A stretch of 35,665 nt of DNA, taken from positions 1-35,665 of the forward strand of contig CAZWJR010000004.1 in the NCBI GenBank assembly GCA_964634655.1. Direction: 5' to 3'. Origin of the DNA: an uncultured Isosphaeraceae bacterium. GTDB taxonomy: Bacteria > Planctomycetota > Phycisphaerae > Phycisphaerales > SM1A02. Shown here in pieces: positions 34,748 to 35,665 of the stretch. The notes beneath the pieces are model-generated. The model ran no database searches. It had not been told where the DNA came from and saw only the letters and a list, made by a program, of their open reading frames with translations. Numbering within the stretch: the first letter of the stretch is position 1; each line of letters opens with the position of its first letter. A program made the position numbers and the translations under genes.

Positions 34748-35605
34748 TTGACCGTTTCCATCACCATCAATCCCGACGATCCTGCTTCGCTCGAGCGTGC
34801 TCTCAACACAGAGTGGCTGCTGACCAACGGCCTCGGCGGCTACGCCATGGGGACTGCGCTTGGGGTTAACACCCGCCGCTATCACGGTTTGCTCGTGGCC
34901 GCGACAACGCCGCCGGTGGGAAGAGTGGTGGCGCTGCATTCGATGATTGAGCAGTTGGTGTTCGCCGATCAAACCTTCGAACTATCCACACAACAATTCG
35001 GGGAAAGATTGCTCCTGCATCCAAGCGGATGGCGCAGCATGGTCAGTACTGGAAACGACGGTACGAGTGTTTTCTCAACTCTTCGTCACGGACCCATCAA
35101 CGTGCTCCGATCTTGCTCAATGATGCACGGGCGCAACGCCATTGTTCTGCACTATCGGGTTGGAGGAATCACATCGCCAGCCACAATGCGATTGAGACCC
35201 ATGACGCCGCTTCGGGATTTTCATGATCTGCATGAATCCACGTCTGCAACCTCTCTGGATGCTGACCACGAAGGAAACGTGAGGATGCATCGTGATCAAT
35301 TCATCCTTCAGTGGTCGGTCAACTGGGATTATTGGCATTATGATCCGCAATGGTGGAACAATTTCGCCTATTTGCAGGATCGGCAACGGTCCCAGGATTG
35401 GCTAGAGAATGTATGGTCTGGAGGCTATTTCGAATTCGAAGTAATGCCGGGCATTGAGAACGAGTTTAGACTGATCGTCGAGTTAAGTGTGCGCCACGCG
35501 GAGCCATTGCACATCTCACCATGCTCATCAACGAAACCGGATTTGAAGTTCGATCGTCGGCTCGCCGCGGCCGATCAATTCGTGGTACGTCGACGGGTTG
35601 GCTAG
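34748..35605 (+). CDS. Glycogen debranching enzyme (archaeal/bacterial GDE type), N-terminal part ending at an in-frame TAG
   Basis: EWLLTNGLGGYAMGTALGVNTRRYHGLLVAA..PPVGR and AADQFVVRR. TTG start. The TAG is at 35603-35605. Confidence 0.75.
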   Translation: MTVSITINPDDPASLERALNTEWLLTNGLGGYAMGTALGVNTRRYHGLLVAATTPPVGRVVALHSMIEQLVFADQTFELSTQQFGERLLLHPSGWRSMVSTGNDGTSVFSTLRHGPINVLRSCSMMHGRNAIVLHYRVGGITSPATMRLRPMTPLRDFHDLHESTSATSLDADHEGNVRMHRDQFILQWSVNWDYWHYDPQWWNNFAYLQDRQRSQDWLENVWSGGYFEFEVMPGIENEFRLIVELSVRHAEPLHISPCSSTKPDLKFDRRLAAADQFVVRRRVG

Positions 35606-35665
35606 GAGTGGTTCAACTCCGTCATCGCCGGCTACCCCTGGTTCGGCGATTGGGGCCGCGACACG
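35606..35665 (+). other. Same-frame continuation of the debranching enzyme after the TAG (start of the GDE_C catalytic domain). Runs off the right edge of the window.
   Basis: The codons directly after the TAG read EWFNSVIAGYPWFGDWGRDT, the conserved AGYPWF.DWGRD motif. There is no in-frame ATG, GTG or TTG in this stretch. Confidence 0.7.

Noticed and set aside
35603-35605. Genome-wide TAG reassignment as the explanation for the in-frame TAG.
   Set aside because: TAG ends at least four well-delimited genes in this window at sensible C-termini. One of them is followed directly by a strong terminator.
1-35665. Mobile elements, prophage, integrons, toxin-antitoxin pairs and classical defence systems.
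   Set aside because: I recognised no integrase, transposase, recombinase, phage structural or restriction-modification motifs. No flanking inverted or direct long repeats are present, and there is no obvious compositional island apart from short AT-rich promoter regions.

Overview
GC-rich bacterial chromosomal window (about 57-60% GC by eye) with about 30 protein-coding genes. I found no rRNA or tRNA genes, no CRISPR array, and no transposase or integrase. The lineage looks Planctomycetota-like (inference), based on a TIGR02999-type ECF sigma factor, a Ser/Thr kinase with a zinc anti-sigma N-terminus, a HYExAFE-motif protein, dockerin-like C-terminal tails and a mix of strong-SD and SD-less starts.

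Housekeeping genes: tmk, a DEAD-box helicase, an acyl-CoA (methylmalonyl-type) mutase large subunit, upp, coaD, gpmI, a yggS-type PLP protein, rex, metF, a YceI-family protein, a TolC-like protein and a NeuD-like acetyltransferase.

Regions worth a second look:
1. 17.5-24.8 kb: a secreted S8 subtilase and a 1278-aa secreted protein carrying 12 tandem six-cysteine modules that start with GACC. Both end in the same double dockerin-like tail, and they lie next to a divergent ECF sigma factor.
2. 33.1-34.7 kb: a nuclease-fold HYExAFE protein that overlaps the start of the first of three tiny membrane proteins, two of which are paralogs.
3. Recurrent 7-nt-period tandem tracts placed right at gene starts and stops, at seven or more loci.
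4. An orphan promoter-to-terminator unit (about 150 nt) divergent from the helicase.
5. Enzyme homologs with degenerate catalytic motifs: a GH35-like protein and an MBL-fold protein, the latter followed by a 682-aa secreted protein of unknown function.
6. A glycogen-debranching gene interrupted by an in-frame TAG.

All family calls come from motifs read by eye. No database search was run.
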